Below, in pieces: positions 29,229 through 38,343 of a stretch of 64,000 nt of DNA. Positions within the stretch are counted from its first letter, which is position 1. Each line of letters begins with the position of its first letter. The position numbers and the translations under genes were made by a program. The stretch is from NCBI GenBank assembly GCA_963929865.1, contig CAWVKK010000047.1, positions 11,055-75,054 on the forward strand, given 5' to 3'. The notes below the pieces were generated by a model, which made no database searches, had not been told where the DNA came from, and saw nothing but the letters and a program-made list of their open reading frames with translations. The stretch comes from an uncultured Eubacteriales bacterium (GTDB lineage Bacteria > Bacillota > Clostridia > Lachnospirales > Lachnospiraceae).

Positions 29229-29253
29229 GCACACATTCCATCTGTCTTTTTCT

Positions 29254-32200
29254 TTATGTCTTTTTTCTTTTCCGCCATTTCTGCGCGGCGGTGATCACAG
29301 TCAGCGCGCCTCCCAGTATCAGCGCTCCCCCTGTCCATTTTGGGAAACTGTTCCAAAATTGAATCCAGGAGTCTTCGCAGATCAAGACGTTGCGGATCGT
29401 ATAGACCGACTCATTTCCGGCAAGATCTTTCAGTTTCACACAAAAATTCTGTCTCGTATCTTTCTCTTTCACCCATACCTGTGCCTTCTCTTTCCAGCTC
29501 TCCTGATCCCATTTCTTCCACAGTGCCCCGTCTAAAAATACGGCTATTTCTTTTATTCCTATATTGTCTGCCGCATCGATCCAGACGCTGCGCTTTTTCT
29601 CCTTGTATCTGCCGTTTTCTTCTATTCCGGATATGACGGCGGTCGGACTGGAATGATCGATGACAAACATGATTTCTTCTCCGTTTTTTCCATTGTCTGA
29701 ATAATTTCCCGCCTGATCCTTCGACATCAGAGTCAGCTGGTAAACGCCCTCCTGCGCAAAATTTTCTGGCGAGATCTCATAGATGTACTGCTTCCAGCTG
29801 CCTTTTTCTCCCCGAATGCCAACCTGGTAGTCCGTTCCTTTTTTCATCTGCTTTGTCTCCCCGTCTCTGCTGCAGAAAATCTCGTTTTCTTCCAGAGAGT
29901 CTACGTTGGTCTCTAAAATTTTCAGCGTCTTTGCCTCTTTTTGATAGTATCCTTCTAAAAACTGCTTTGTCTCTGTGTCAAATGTATAGACTGAGCCAAA
30001 TCGGTTGACAGAAAAGCAGATTTTTTTTCCTGCCAGATTTCCAGCCAGATCACGGATTCTGATTTGAACTGTGTAGAGGTCATCTTGTTCTTTTTCGTGC
30101 GGGAAATCGCAGACGCTTACTTTTTTTCTTTTGTGCTCATCCGAAATCGTATACGTCAGCTTTTTCTCTCCCCATTTTTCACCCGTACAGGAAATTTCCA
30201 GGCTGTCCAGATCCAGATAAGGATCCTCCAGGTAAATCACGGGTTCCACTTTCCCTTTATTCGCGGAATATTCTTCAATCTCCTCTATCGTAATTTCCGG
30301 AACGGTCTTGTCAATCATAAAATCATCCGGACCGTATTCCCGGCTTCGGTTCCCTGCAAGATCTTCGCACTGCAGATAAAGCAGATAACGCCCTTCTTTT
30401 TCCACGCTTTTGCTGCTTTGATATCCTCCCTCGACACGCTCCCACGTCTCCTTCCACTCTTCCTGCCATGTTTTTCCGTCTTCGCTGGTTCCTGAAAGCT
30501 CTAAAAAGATTCCCTGTGGGTCAAAGTTTTTTTCCTCTATAAAAATGGTAATCTCTCCTCCGCCTCGATAAAAGGAATCTGTTTTTCCTTTTTTGAGTTC
30601 CTTCTTTACCGCAATCTCCGGTTTTGTACAGTCAAGTGTAAACGCTTCCTCCTCTGTCTTTGCCTGATTCCCGGACAAATCTTCTGCAGATACGGTCATG
30701 CGATACGTATCCTCTTTCTCAAATAAGGCGGTACATACCGCCGTCCTTTTTCCGTCTTGTTCTTTGATCTCCCATTCGCTCTGCCTGACAGGCTTGCCCT
30801 GCGCGCTGTCTATCTCAAGCAGTAATGTCTCATCATCCAGATTCTTGTCTGAAACGGTAATCTGTGCCGTGCGCGGTGTCCGGTCAAAGCTTCCTTTTCC
30901 CTCTCCTCTCTCATAGACTATATTGATGACCGGGGCTTGTGAGTCCAGAAGATATCGTCTTATCTGCGCTGTGCGGTATCCGCTGTTTGTCTCCATCTCC
31001 ACTTCTACTGTGATGCTCTCTTCTCCAAAAAGCTCCTGCGTCAGCTCCAGTCTTTTGTTTGCCTCAAAAACCCGTTCTTCTTTTTGTGTGTATGTTTCCG
31101 AACTCCAGACTTTTCCGTTTACCAGGCACTGCAGCCTTTTGATTCCGCTTACCTTGTCCTGCGCATGGATCAGGACAGAGACGTCTCCCGGATAATACCG
31201 GATTCCATCCTTTTCCCGGCTTGCGTCTTTTTCTTGTGTAATTTCCAAAATACTGCTTTTTGCTGCCTGCTGTGTTGTCTGGATCAGCACGGCGTCTAAC
31301 TTTTCTTTTTCCCCGATGACGCCCTCTCCATCGACCGCCTGGACCCAGATTTCTCCCGAAAAGCCCACAGGCACCTCAATCATGCACCTCATCTCGTCGA
31401 TGCCTTTTTCTATCTGCTGCGCCTCTGTCCAGATCTGATTGTCTGCATGTGCAAGCTGAAAGCGGACTGTTTTGACGCCGCTGATGCCGTCGCGCGCTTT
31501 TAAAAAAATATGAATTTTCTGATCGCTGAAATATGGATAATCTCTATACGCATACCGCTCCAGCACAGTCTGATCCTCTTTTTTGTACTGTGTCTCTTCG
31601 CTCAGAAAAACCGGCGCCGTCTGATCGATCGTAAAAGAGACTTGATAGGATTCTCTGCTTTTTTGTTCTCCTTCATTTTTAAATACCGCACTGTTGTCTG
31701 AAAAGTCTTTCATCTGTATGGTTACGGTATAATTCGCCTCATCCTTCAGCGTCCATTGCGTCTCATACCAATTTCCTTTTTCCCACCCCTCTTTTTCTCT
31801 TTGCCGCGCCGTCCACGTCCGGCACGCCTCATTTGCGCGGATCACGCTTTTTTCCTGCGACGTCTGTGTCTCTCCCTTCTTATCGCACGCGTACATCTGA
31901 AAATTCCACTGAGACGGATCAAAGTTTTCCTCCTGAATCCGAATCTTTATGGTGAGCTGTCCTTTGCTGATTTTATTGTCTCTTTGCCACTGCTCTATCG
32001 CAATCGGCTTGCCCTGATCTGTATAGAAAAAAATCTCTACGCTGGGCGGTGTGCGGTCAATCACAAGATTTTTGGAGACGATTCCTTCTTCTGTCTCCTG
32101 AAAATCCCGTATCGTCCCGCCGACGCTCAAGCTGTTTCCTGCCAGATCCCGCGCCGCAATCATCAGCCGGGTACTTCCTTCTTTTGGCTCTGCTTCAAAC

Positions 32201-33984
32201 TCTATGATTTTTTCCTCTTCCCTCCACACCGCTGCGATCGGCTTCCACTCTTCTCCTTCTCTTTTTTCAAACATATTCCATTCTTTTAAGTTTCCTTTTT
32301 CTTCAATAGAGATACATCCCTTGACGCCAGTCTGAAAATACAAATTTCCATTGTTTTCTCCTCTTTTTTCCTGCCATTCTATGCGGAATATTTCAGGCGC
32401 TGTATGGTCTACCGTCACAGATCCTTCCAGCAAAATTCTTTTTTGTTCTGTCTGAGAGGCAATCGGGTTGCCCGATAAGTCTGTCCCCTCTATCTCAAAG
32501 CAGTACGTATCTTCCTGCTGTATTTCTTCTGTCTCAAAGCTGCCGACTGCCTCTGCTGTCTGCTCATTCCAGTCCCATTTTACCGTTATCCTCCGCTCTT
32601 CTTTCGTTTTCTGACCGCTCATAAATAAGCTCATCCGCTCTGGTGCAAACCAGCTTTCTTTTATTTTTATGGTTCCTCTTATTTTTCCCGTGCAGGTGTA
32701 CCAGTTTCCCTCCTCATCATTTCCGTCCGCCTCTATCTCATAGCCCAGCAGGATAGGCGGCGTGCGGTCAATCACAATCTTTTGGACGGCCGTCCTGTCC
32801 ATTTTGTTTCCGGAATGGTCAAACACCGGCCCGATTTCTATGGAATAGATGCCCTCTTTTTCCAGAATAATCCGGTTCTGATACTGATCCTGCGCTGTTT
32901 TCTCCCAGCTTCCGCCTGCAAAGTCCGCTTCTTGCCCGTTGATAAAAATCGGCACATCCTGTTCTCTCCAGTATTTTTCCTGAATTTTTACCGTGATTTC
33001 GGCACGGTCGGAAAAAAAGAGGACGCCCTCTTTTTCCTGTGCCTCGCTAAAGGCAAACGGCAGGCACACCGGCGCATCTTGATCGACTACAATATCAGCC
33101 TGCGCTTCTCCTAAGAGCAGCGTCTCATTTCCCGCATGATCGATCAGGCGGATCCCTGTGACGGCTCCCTCAAATGGGGCGGTATATCGGATCTGATATG
33201 CGTCATACCGTTTCCCTTCAATCTCCACCGGCTCTGCCTTGGCTGCCTCCACCCATACTTCTCCGCTCAGGATATGGATCTGTGCGATTCCAGACATCGA
33301 ATCCCTTGCCATGCACGCAATATTGACTTCTTTTTGAAAATAGAGGGGGGCTGAGCGATATCCCCATTTTTCCCAAACCGCATTTTCTCCTTCCTGATAA
33401 GAGAGAAATACTTCCGGCTCTGGAGGCTTTCGGTCAATTTTTATCTGCCATTCCTGCCTGCACTGGATCTCCTCTCCTGTCACTGCCGCAATCTGCATCC
33501 TGCCTTCCATTTCTTCCGTCTCCAGTACCATCTGATATTCCCAGCAGTTTTCTTCTTCCCTGTATGGTTCCTGGCATTCTTCTTTTCTCTCCGTCTCCCC
33601 TTCTTTCCACCATGCGCAGATTTTGTCCGGCTTTTTCCCTCTTACCCGGACGAAAATCATATAAGCTTCGCTTCCCCGAAACCATTCTCCGCTTGGCGCT
33701 GAGGCGGTAATCTCCATCGTCTGTTCTGCCTCCTGTGCCTTCGCCTGCGCCGCCTGTTCTCCGCTCAGAAATCCTCCCGCCGCCATCAAAGTGATAAGCA
33801 GGATTCCCGCCTTTTTTTTCTTTCTCATTTTCTTTCGCTCATTTTTTAGCGTTCGAACCGTCGTCCACAGCTTTCCTCTTATCAGCAAAAAAACGGCTGC
33901 CAAAAAACATGCGGTAAAAGAAACGCTTCCTATCCTTTTTAACTGCTCGTACCATTGTATGATCTCTTGTGCGGTCTCTCCCAT
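29254..33984 (-). CDS. 1576-aa membrane-anchored protein built from about 10 Ig-like modules; last gene of the T7SS-like operon
   Basis: AAAGGAGAG RBS 7 nt before the ATG at 33984. There are N-terminal hydrophobic segments (VSFTACFLAAVFLLI and AGILLITLMAAGGFL) and a C-terminal TM (GGALILGGALTVITAA followed by KWRKRKKT). The module-boundary motif [IVL]D-x-x-x-P occurs ten times (IDRKPP, VDQDAP, IDRTPP x2, VDHTAP, IDQTAP, LDSQAP, LDCTKP, IDKTVP, IDHSSP). Confidence 0.7.
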   Translation of the reverse strand: MGETAQEIIQWYEQLKRIGSVSFTACFLAAVFLLIRGKLWTTVRTLKNERKKMRKKKKAGILLITLMAAGGFLSGEQAAQAKAQEAEQTMEITASAPSGEWFRGSEAYMIFVRVRGKKPDKICAWWKEGETERKEECQEPYREEENCWEYQMVLETEEMEGRMQIAAVTGEEIQCRQEWQIKIDRKPPEPEVFLSYQEGENAVWEKWGYRSAPLYFQKEVNIACMARDSMSGIAQIHILSGEVWVEAAKAEPVEIEGKRYDAYQIRYTAPFEGAVTGIRLIDHAGNETLLLGEAQADIVVDQDAPVCLPFAFSEAQEKEGVLFFSDRAEITVKIQEKYWREQDVPIFINGQEADFAGGSWEKTAQDQYQNRIILEKEGIYSIEIGPVFDHSGNKMDRTAVQKIVIDRTPPILLGYEIEADGNDEEGNWYTCTGKIRGTIKIKESWFAPERMSLFMSGQKTKEERRITVKWDWNEQTAEAVGSFETEEIQQEDTYCFEIEGTDLSGNPIASQTEQKRILLEGSVTVDHTAPEIFRIEWQEKRGENNGNLYFQTGVKGCISIEEKGNLKEWNMFEKREGEEWKPIAAVWREEEKIIEFEAEPKEGSTRLMIAARDLAGNSLSVGGTIRDFQETEEGIVSKNLVIDRTPPSVEIFFYTDQGKPIAIEQWQRDNKISKGQLTIKIRIQEENFDPSQWNFQMYACDKKGETQTSQEKSVIRANEACRTWTARQREKEGWEKGNWYETQWTLKDEANYTVTIQMKDFSDNSAVFKNEGEQKSRESYQVSFTIDQTAPVFLSEETQYKKEDQTVLERYAYRDYPYFSDQKIHIFLKARDGISGVKTVRFQLAHADNQIWTEAQQIEKGIDEMRCMIEVPVGFSGEIWVQAVDGEGVIGEKEKLDAVLIQTTQQAAKSSILEITQEKDASREKDGIRYYPGDVSVLIHAQDKVSGIKRLQCLVNGKVWSSETYTQKEERVFEANKRLELTQELFGEESITVEVEMETNSGYRTAQIRRYLLDSQAPVINIVYERGEGKGSFDRTPRTAQITVSDKNLDDETLLLEIDSAQGKPVRQSEWEIKEQDGKRTAVCTALFEKEDTYRMTVSAEDLSGNQAKTEEEAFTLDCTKPEIAVKKELKKGKTDSFYRGGGEITIFIEEKNFDPQGIFLELSGTSEDGKTWQEEWKETWERVEGGYQSSKSVEKEGRYLLYLQCEDLAGNRSREYGPDDFMIDKTVPEITIEEIEEYSANKGKVEPVIYLEDPYLDLDSLEISCTGEKWGEKKLTYTISDEHKRKKVSVCDFPHEKEQDDLYTVQIRIRDLAGNLAGKKICFSVNRFGSVYTFDTETKQFLEGYYQKEAKTLKILETNVDSLEENEIFCSRDGETKQMKKGTDYQVGIRGEKGSWKQYIYEISPENFAQEGVYQLTLMSKDQAGNYSDNGKNGEEIMFVIDHSSPTAVISGIEENGRYKEKKRSVWIDAADNIGIKEIAVFLDGALWKKWDQESWKEKAQVWVKEKDTRQNFCVKLKDLAGNESVYTIRNVLICEDSWIQFWNSFPKWTGGALILGGALTVITAAQKWRKRKKT

Positions 33985-34005
33985 CGTTTCTCTCCTTTTA
34001 TCGTC

Positions 34006-35685
34006 TTACTCTTTTGTCACATTGTCCGATAGCTTCTGTCTTGCCTGTTCGATTTCTCTCTCTATCATCCGTACCATCTCCTGATTTTCAAAGCCGGCAT
34101 TTTCTTTTGCCGAAAAAAGCGCTTTCTCTGCCTGTTCCAGAACGCCTGTGATTTCTTCTGTCTCGATCCCGTCCCTTTTCATTTCTTCACTGTACTGCAA
34201 AATCTGCATGACCATTTCCTGGCATACCTTCAATTTCATAATTTCATTTTCTCCGTATTTTTTCTGCATTTGATACAGCTCTTCTAAATCTCTGAGATAG
34301 GCGGCATGTGAAATTTTGAAATCCCCTGTCTTCTCTCTTTTTCCCATATCCTTCCAATAACGACTGATTCTCTCGCAAACTGCCGCTCTTGTTTTTTCCG
34401 ACTGTGTCAAAAACTGCGCCTGCCTGGCAATTTCAAACCATTTCAGACTTCTCTCTTTATTTCCTGTCTCTTCATAAAAGAAAAAATAGGCGATTCCTAT
34501 CTCATAAGCCAGTTTTTCATAGCCCGCCTGGTTTGCTTTTATCTTCATCTCATAGGTCTCTTCTTTTCCCTGTGTCTCGTTTAAGATTTCGCGCAAGCTG
34601 ATATCCTCTTCCCTTGAGAAATTGTCATCTTCCAAAAATGCTTCCAAAAGCTTTAAATATCCTTCTTCCTCTGTGGGATTGACCGAAATCGCCTTCTTTA
34701 GCAGCTGTATTTTTCCCTCTCCCTCCTGGTTTGAGGCCATCTGCATACAGAGCTGATAGCTTTCTTTTCTCATCTCCATAATCTGAATTCCGCAAAAGCA
34801 GCGCAGTCCAAGTGAAAGAAAAGACACCGCAAAAAATCCCCCGCACAGGAACAGTTTTCTTTTTTGACTTTTCATTCTTTTGCTGTCAAGTTCTTGATAG
34901 TGTTCCAGGGCAAACCACACTTCTCTGCATGACTGATACCGTTTCCCCGGATCTTTTTGCAGACATTTTTCTATGATTTGTCCCAGCCCGTCTGAAACCT
35001 CCGGGCGTACCGCGCGCACCGGCAAAAATTCTGATCCGTGTCTCTTTTTTGGGGTTTCTCCCGTTATCATATCGTGGAGCGTTGCTCCCAGCCCGTAGAT
35101 ATCCGTTCTCTCATCGCTTTGCCCCGCCCCGAACTGTTCGGGGGCAGCATACCCTTTTGTCCCAAGACATACCGTGTCCTGCGTGTCTTCCTCGCAGAAT
35201 TCTCTTGAAATTCCAAAGTCTATCAGCATCAGATCCCCGTTCGGTCTGAGCATAATATTGGAGGGCTTCATATCGCGGTAGATCACAGCCGGAACTCTGT
35301 TGTGAAGGTAAGACAGCACCTGGCACAGCTGTTTTGCCCATTCGATCACGTATTCTTCTTTCTGCGCTCCCTCCTCCTCCAGCACTTTTCCCAGCGTTCT
35401 TCCCTCAATATAATCCATCACAATAAAAATTGCTTCCTCTTCCTCGATGACATCGCAGATTTTCGGGATCATCGGATGATTGAGGCAGCGCAGCAATTCC
35501 ATCTCCCGCACGATTCCCTGCCTCATCAGCGCAAAGTTATACGGTCTGTCTTTTCGGATCTCTTTTACTGCCCACTGTCTGTTTGCTTTTTCATTCATGG
35601 CAAGGTAGACCGTACTCATGCCGCCGGCGCCAATCTGATTGAGAATCTTATATTTTCCGTCTAATATACTTCCTATGGCAATCAT
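34006..35685 (-). CDS. Transmembrane Hanks-type Ser/Thr protein kinase with a helical (TPR-like) C-terminal domain, in an EssB-equivalent position in the operon
   Basis: GAGGMSTVYLA (Gly loop), WAVKEI (Lys), YRDMKPSN (catalytic loop), IDFGIS (DFG), GYAAPEQ (APE), then the TM segment LFLCGGFFAVSFLSLGL. Best start is ATG 35685 with a GGGAGG RBS; the track ORF extends to 35766. Confidence 0.85.
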   Translation of the reverse strand: MIAIGSILDGKYKILNQIGAGGMSTVYLAMNEKANRQWAVKEIRKDRPYNFALMRQGIVREMELLRCLNHPMIPKICDVIEEEEAIFIVMDYIEGRTLGKVLEEEGAQKEEYVIEWAKQLCQVLSYLHNRVPAVIYRDMKPSNIMLRPNGDLMLIDFGISREFCEEDTQDTVCLGTKGYAAPEQFGAGQSDERTDIYGLGATLHDMITGETPKKRHGSEFLPVRAVRPEVSDGLGQIIEKCLQKDPGKRYQSCREVWFALEHYQELDSKRMKSQKRKLFLCGGFFAVSFLSLGLRCFCGIQIMEMRKESYQLCMQMASNQEGEGKIQLLKKAISVNPTEEEGYLKLLEAFLEDDNFSREEDISLREILNETQGKEETYEMKIKANQAGYEKLAYEIGIAYFFFYEETGNKERSLKWFEIARQAQFLTQSEKTRAAVCERISRYWKDMGKREKTGDFKISHAAYLRDLEELYQMQKKYGENEIMKLKVCQEMVMQILQYSEEMKRDGIETEEITGVLEQAEKALFSAKENAGFENQEMVRMIEREIEQARQKLSDNVTKE

Positions 35686-35781
35686 GTTCTGCCTCCCTGC
35701 CTTGCTTTTGCTTTCTTTTCCAGTCATCCGTCTCCGTCTTTTTCGGAGAGAAAGCCTTTGCCTCATCCGCCGCGTATTGTC

Positions 35782-37269
35782 TTATCCTTGCACAAGCCCG
35801 GTCAGCCGCTTTCTTTTTTCTTTTAAGTTTTCATTTTCCTGTCTGATTTTCTGCCCGTATGCCTGATCGATGGAAAAGACCTCCTGAAAAATTTTTTCAA
35901 TCTCTTCTGTGCCAGCGTCGTTTAAATCAATCAGCTTTCGGTAATATTCTTCCACATGGTTGACATACACGCTTAAGTTCAGTCCAACGCTTTGCTGCTC
36001 CAGCCGATACCAGCAGTCCCATCTGCTGATTTTCCAGAAGGGTTCTCTCTCCACTTCTCTTGCGGCCTTAAGCATCCTCTCTTTTGTCTCCTGCGAGAAA
36101 TCGCGGATCACAATCTGGTTTTCAATCTCTCTTGTCATGTTAAAGACAGCTGCAAATACATGTTTGTTTTCCGCATACCCTGCCGCAAAGGGGAGGAGTA
36201 TCTTTGCCGTATCCGAAATTCCTGCAAACTCTCCCAATATATTCATCAAAGACGTGAGCTGTCTGTCATATTCTCTTATGTCATCTGCCTTCTTGCTTTT
36301 TAAAAAAGCGCGCAGATAAATGAGCAGATCCCTCCCCGCGTCCAGCCCGATTGTTTTTAAAATATCATTTCGGTATTCCCCTTTTCCGACTATTCTCTGC
36401 ATGATATCTCCCAGAAAACTGAGCATTTGAATCCGCTCTCCCTTTGGAACTTTTTCCATAAAATAGACCGTAAAATCTTGGATCATATCCATGGCGGGCT
36501 CCCTTGCTCCCTCCTGAGCCAATTCATATAAAATTTTCCCATTTTCATGCAGAAACAGGGCGTCCGGACAGTGATAGCCGCCGAATCCGAGCTCATCTTC
36601 TGCAATTCCGCCGTCATTTTTCAAAAAAATAGTTGTCCCTGCAATCGGATATAAAAGGCAGCTTACAAAATCTCTGTAATTGGCGTACAGTGTGATGTTT
36701 TCTTTTCGTTCCTGAATTTGTCTCTCATATTTTCTGCAGAACTCTTTGGAAAAGCCTTCCCCGTCAAAGGCAATGCATATCGGTTCTTTCTCACTGCGCA
36801 CCGCGATGTACATTGCCTTATTGCCGCCTTTTGAATGTCCGCTGACAGTCACGTTTTCATAGGGCAAAGCCTCAAACCATTCCAGCGCATCCAGCTGCTG
36901 CCTGCTGTCCTCCTGCGCTCCGGCAACCACGTCGTCCCTCCATTCGTTATAGCCGGTGCCTGCAAACACAACAATCGCTTCTTTCTCTTCTTCACAGTAA
37001 AAGCAAAGCGCCTTTGCCCCGGTTTTCCTGTCATTTTGCCTGTGCGCGATGCGCAGGCTGCAAAGCTGCTCATCTTCCTTTGCCAGGGCAATCAGGTTGT
37101 CCCACTCTTCTTTTGTCGTCCCAGGTCCCGGTATGCCTTCCTGTTTCCGGTAGGCGTCCGTATCTATAAAGTCAAGCAGCTCTCCCACTGAAAATGCTTC
37201 CGCCCCGTCCGAGGTAAAAACAGGATCATAGATCAGATTGTTCAGCATTAAAATTTGTACCTCTGTCAT
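35782..37269 (-). CDS. DUF2974/Mbeg1-like alpha/beta-hydrolase (lipase/esterase-like) with a C-terminal helical domain and no signal peptide; candidate T7SS effector
   Basis: Nucleophile elbow VTVSGHSKGGNKAMY (GHSKG encoded at 36826-36840). VVFAGTGYNEW lies upstream of it. The C-terminal ~200 aa look helical by eye (EEYYRKLIDLNDAGTEEIEKIFQEVF...ENLKEKRKRLTGLVQG). Confidence 0.7.
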   Translation of the reverse strand: MTEVQILMLNNLIYDPVFTSDGAEAFSVGELLDFIDTDAYRKQEGIPGPGTTKEEWDNLIALAKEDEQLCSLRIAHRQNDRKTGAKALCFYCEEEKEAIVVFAGTGYNEWRDDVVAGAQEDSRQQLDALEWFEALPYENVTVSGHSKGGNKAMYIAVRSEKEPICIAFDGEGFSKEFCRKYERQIQERKENITLYANYRDFVSCLLYPIAGTTIFLKNDGGIAEDELGFGGYHCPDALFLHENGKILYELAQEGAREPAMDMIQDFTVYFMEKVPKGERIQMLSFLGDIMQRIVGKGEYRNDILKTIGLDAGRDLLIYLRAFLKSKKADDIREYDRQLTSLMNILGEFAGISDTAKILLPFAAGYAENKHVFAAVFNMTREIENQIVIRDFSQETKERMLKAAREVEREPFWKISRWDCWYRLEQQSVGLNLSVYVNHVEEYYRKLIDLNDAGTEEIEKIFQEVFSIDQAYGQKIRQENENLKEKRKRLTGLVQG

Positions 37270-37326
37270 ACTTCTCTTGTCTTTGTCCTTTCTCTGGGAA
37301 TCCTATATCTTTGTACACGGTCCGCG

Positions 37327-38037
37327 CTAAGGCAAATCATACCTGATTTCCCAGCCGGCGCTGCATACCTCTCTGTCCAGATAGCAGCCCTTTTTTACGA
37401 TGATATCCGCAGTATCCCTCTCAATCGTCTGAAAAACCTCTTCCCTCGTCAGAAAGACTACAATCAGACTTTCCATATTTTCTTCTGCCCAAAGCGTTTC
37501 AAACTGTTTTGCCTTTTGCGGGAAATCCTCTTCTTCTCTGACAAACATCCAGCTGATCGCCCGAATTCTTTCTCCTTTTTCCTGCAGCCTTTCCAGGCTG
37601 TTCTCGGCATCCTGCGAAAATTCACATTCCTGCGTAAAGGAAAAGACCTTCACTTTTGAAAAAACCATCTGTGCCGTCTCTTTCATCTTCGTCTCATATT
37701 CATCCCGGATGCAAAGCCCCAGATAGCTGTCCGTAAAAACAATCTCCCCGCTTTTTTCATACCGTCTGACCCAGCATGTCTCTTCTCTTTTCTGTGCCGG
37801 TATCCGCAGGTTCATCTGGTCGTACGGCTGATTCCAGAATTTCCAGATGACCCCTGTCACCTCATATTCGATATCTCCATATTTCTTTCTAAAATACTGC
37901 TCCATTTCATTTTGTCTTTGCTGAAATTCCTCTTTTTGTATCACGCGGTCGACGCCGTCTGTCTTTTGCTGCGCGCATCCTCCAAGTCCGAGAATCATTC
38001 CTGCCGCCACCGCAGCCATTTTCCTTCTTTTTTTCAT
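37327..38037 (-). CDS. Lipoprotein (candidate immunity protein)
   Basis: MKKRRKMAAVAAGMILGLGGCAQQK has a positive N-region, a hydrophobic core and an LGGC lipobox. Confidence 0.75.
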   Translation of the reverse strand: MKKRRKMAAVAAGMILGLGGCAQQKTDGVDRVIQKEEFQQRQNEMEQYFRKKYGDIEYEVTGVIWKFWNQPYDQMNLRIPAQKREETCWVRRYEKSGEIVFTDSYLGLCIRDEYETKMKETAQMVFSKVKVFSFTQECEFSQDAENSLERLQEKGERIRAISWMFVREEEDFPQKAKQFETLWAEENMESLIVVFLTREEVFQTIERDTADIIVKKGCYLDREVCSAGWEIRYDLP

Positions 38038-38052
38038 GTCCTAACCTTCCGA

Positions 38053-38343
38053 TTAAGTTCCAAGCGCCTGATCGGTATCTGAAATGCTTTGTTTTTCTGC
38101 CCCCTCAAACCTTTCTTTTGCCATCTCCAGCCAGTCGGCGGTATCTCTTATCACCTGCTGCAGGATTTGTTCTGTCCCGCATAGAATTTCATACGTTTCA
38201 TTTAACGCCGAACACGTCTCTCCTTCGCTCTCATTTAACAGCTCTGTCGTCACAAATCTTCGGTCTTCCAGATACCCCGACAGATTTCTAAACGCCCTTG
38301 CATAATCGTCCAGGCTTCGATATTGTACATAAATCTGTGTCAT
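38053..38343 (-). CDS. Small (96 aa) helical protein, candidate T7SS effector chaperone/targeting partner
   Basis: It matches WXG100-size partners in length and helical character and has no TM. It overlaps the upstream gene by 4 nt. Confidence 0.5.
   Translation of the reverse strand: MTQIYVQYRSLDDYARAFRNLSGYLEDRRFVTTELLNESEGETCSALNETYEILCGTEQILQQVIRDTADWLEMAKERFEGAEKQSISDTDQALGT

Noticed and set aside
29057-29253. Possible second cobalamin riboswitch, or a missing hemA, upstream of hemC
   Set aside because: Neither strand has a B12-box-like sequence (AGYCMGG..GACCKGCC) or a GGGAA...GGTG core. The gap is far too short to encode hemA.
29254-33984. Calling the 1576-aa protein a true EsaA/YueB homologue
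   Set aside because: EsaA/YueB proteins are polytopic, with several C-terminal TM helices and one long helical/beta extracellular domain. This protein is built of about 10 Ig-like modules with a single C-terminal anchor. Only a functional analogy is proposed.
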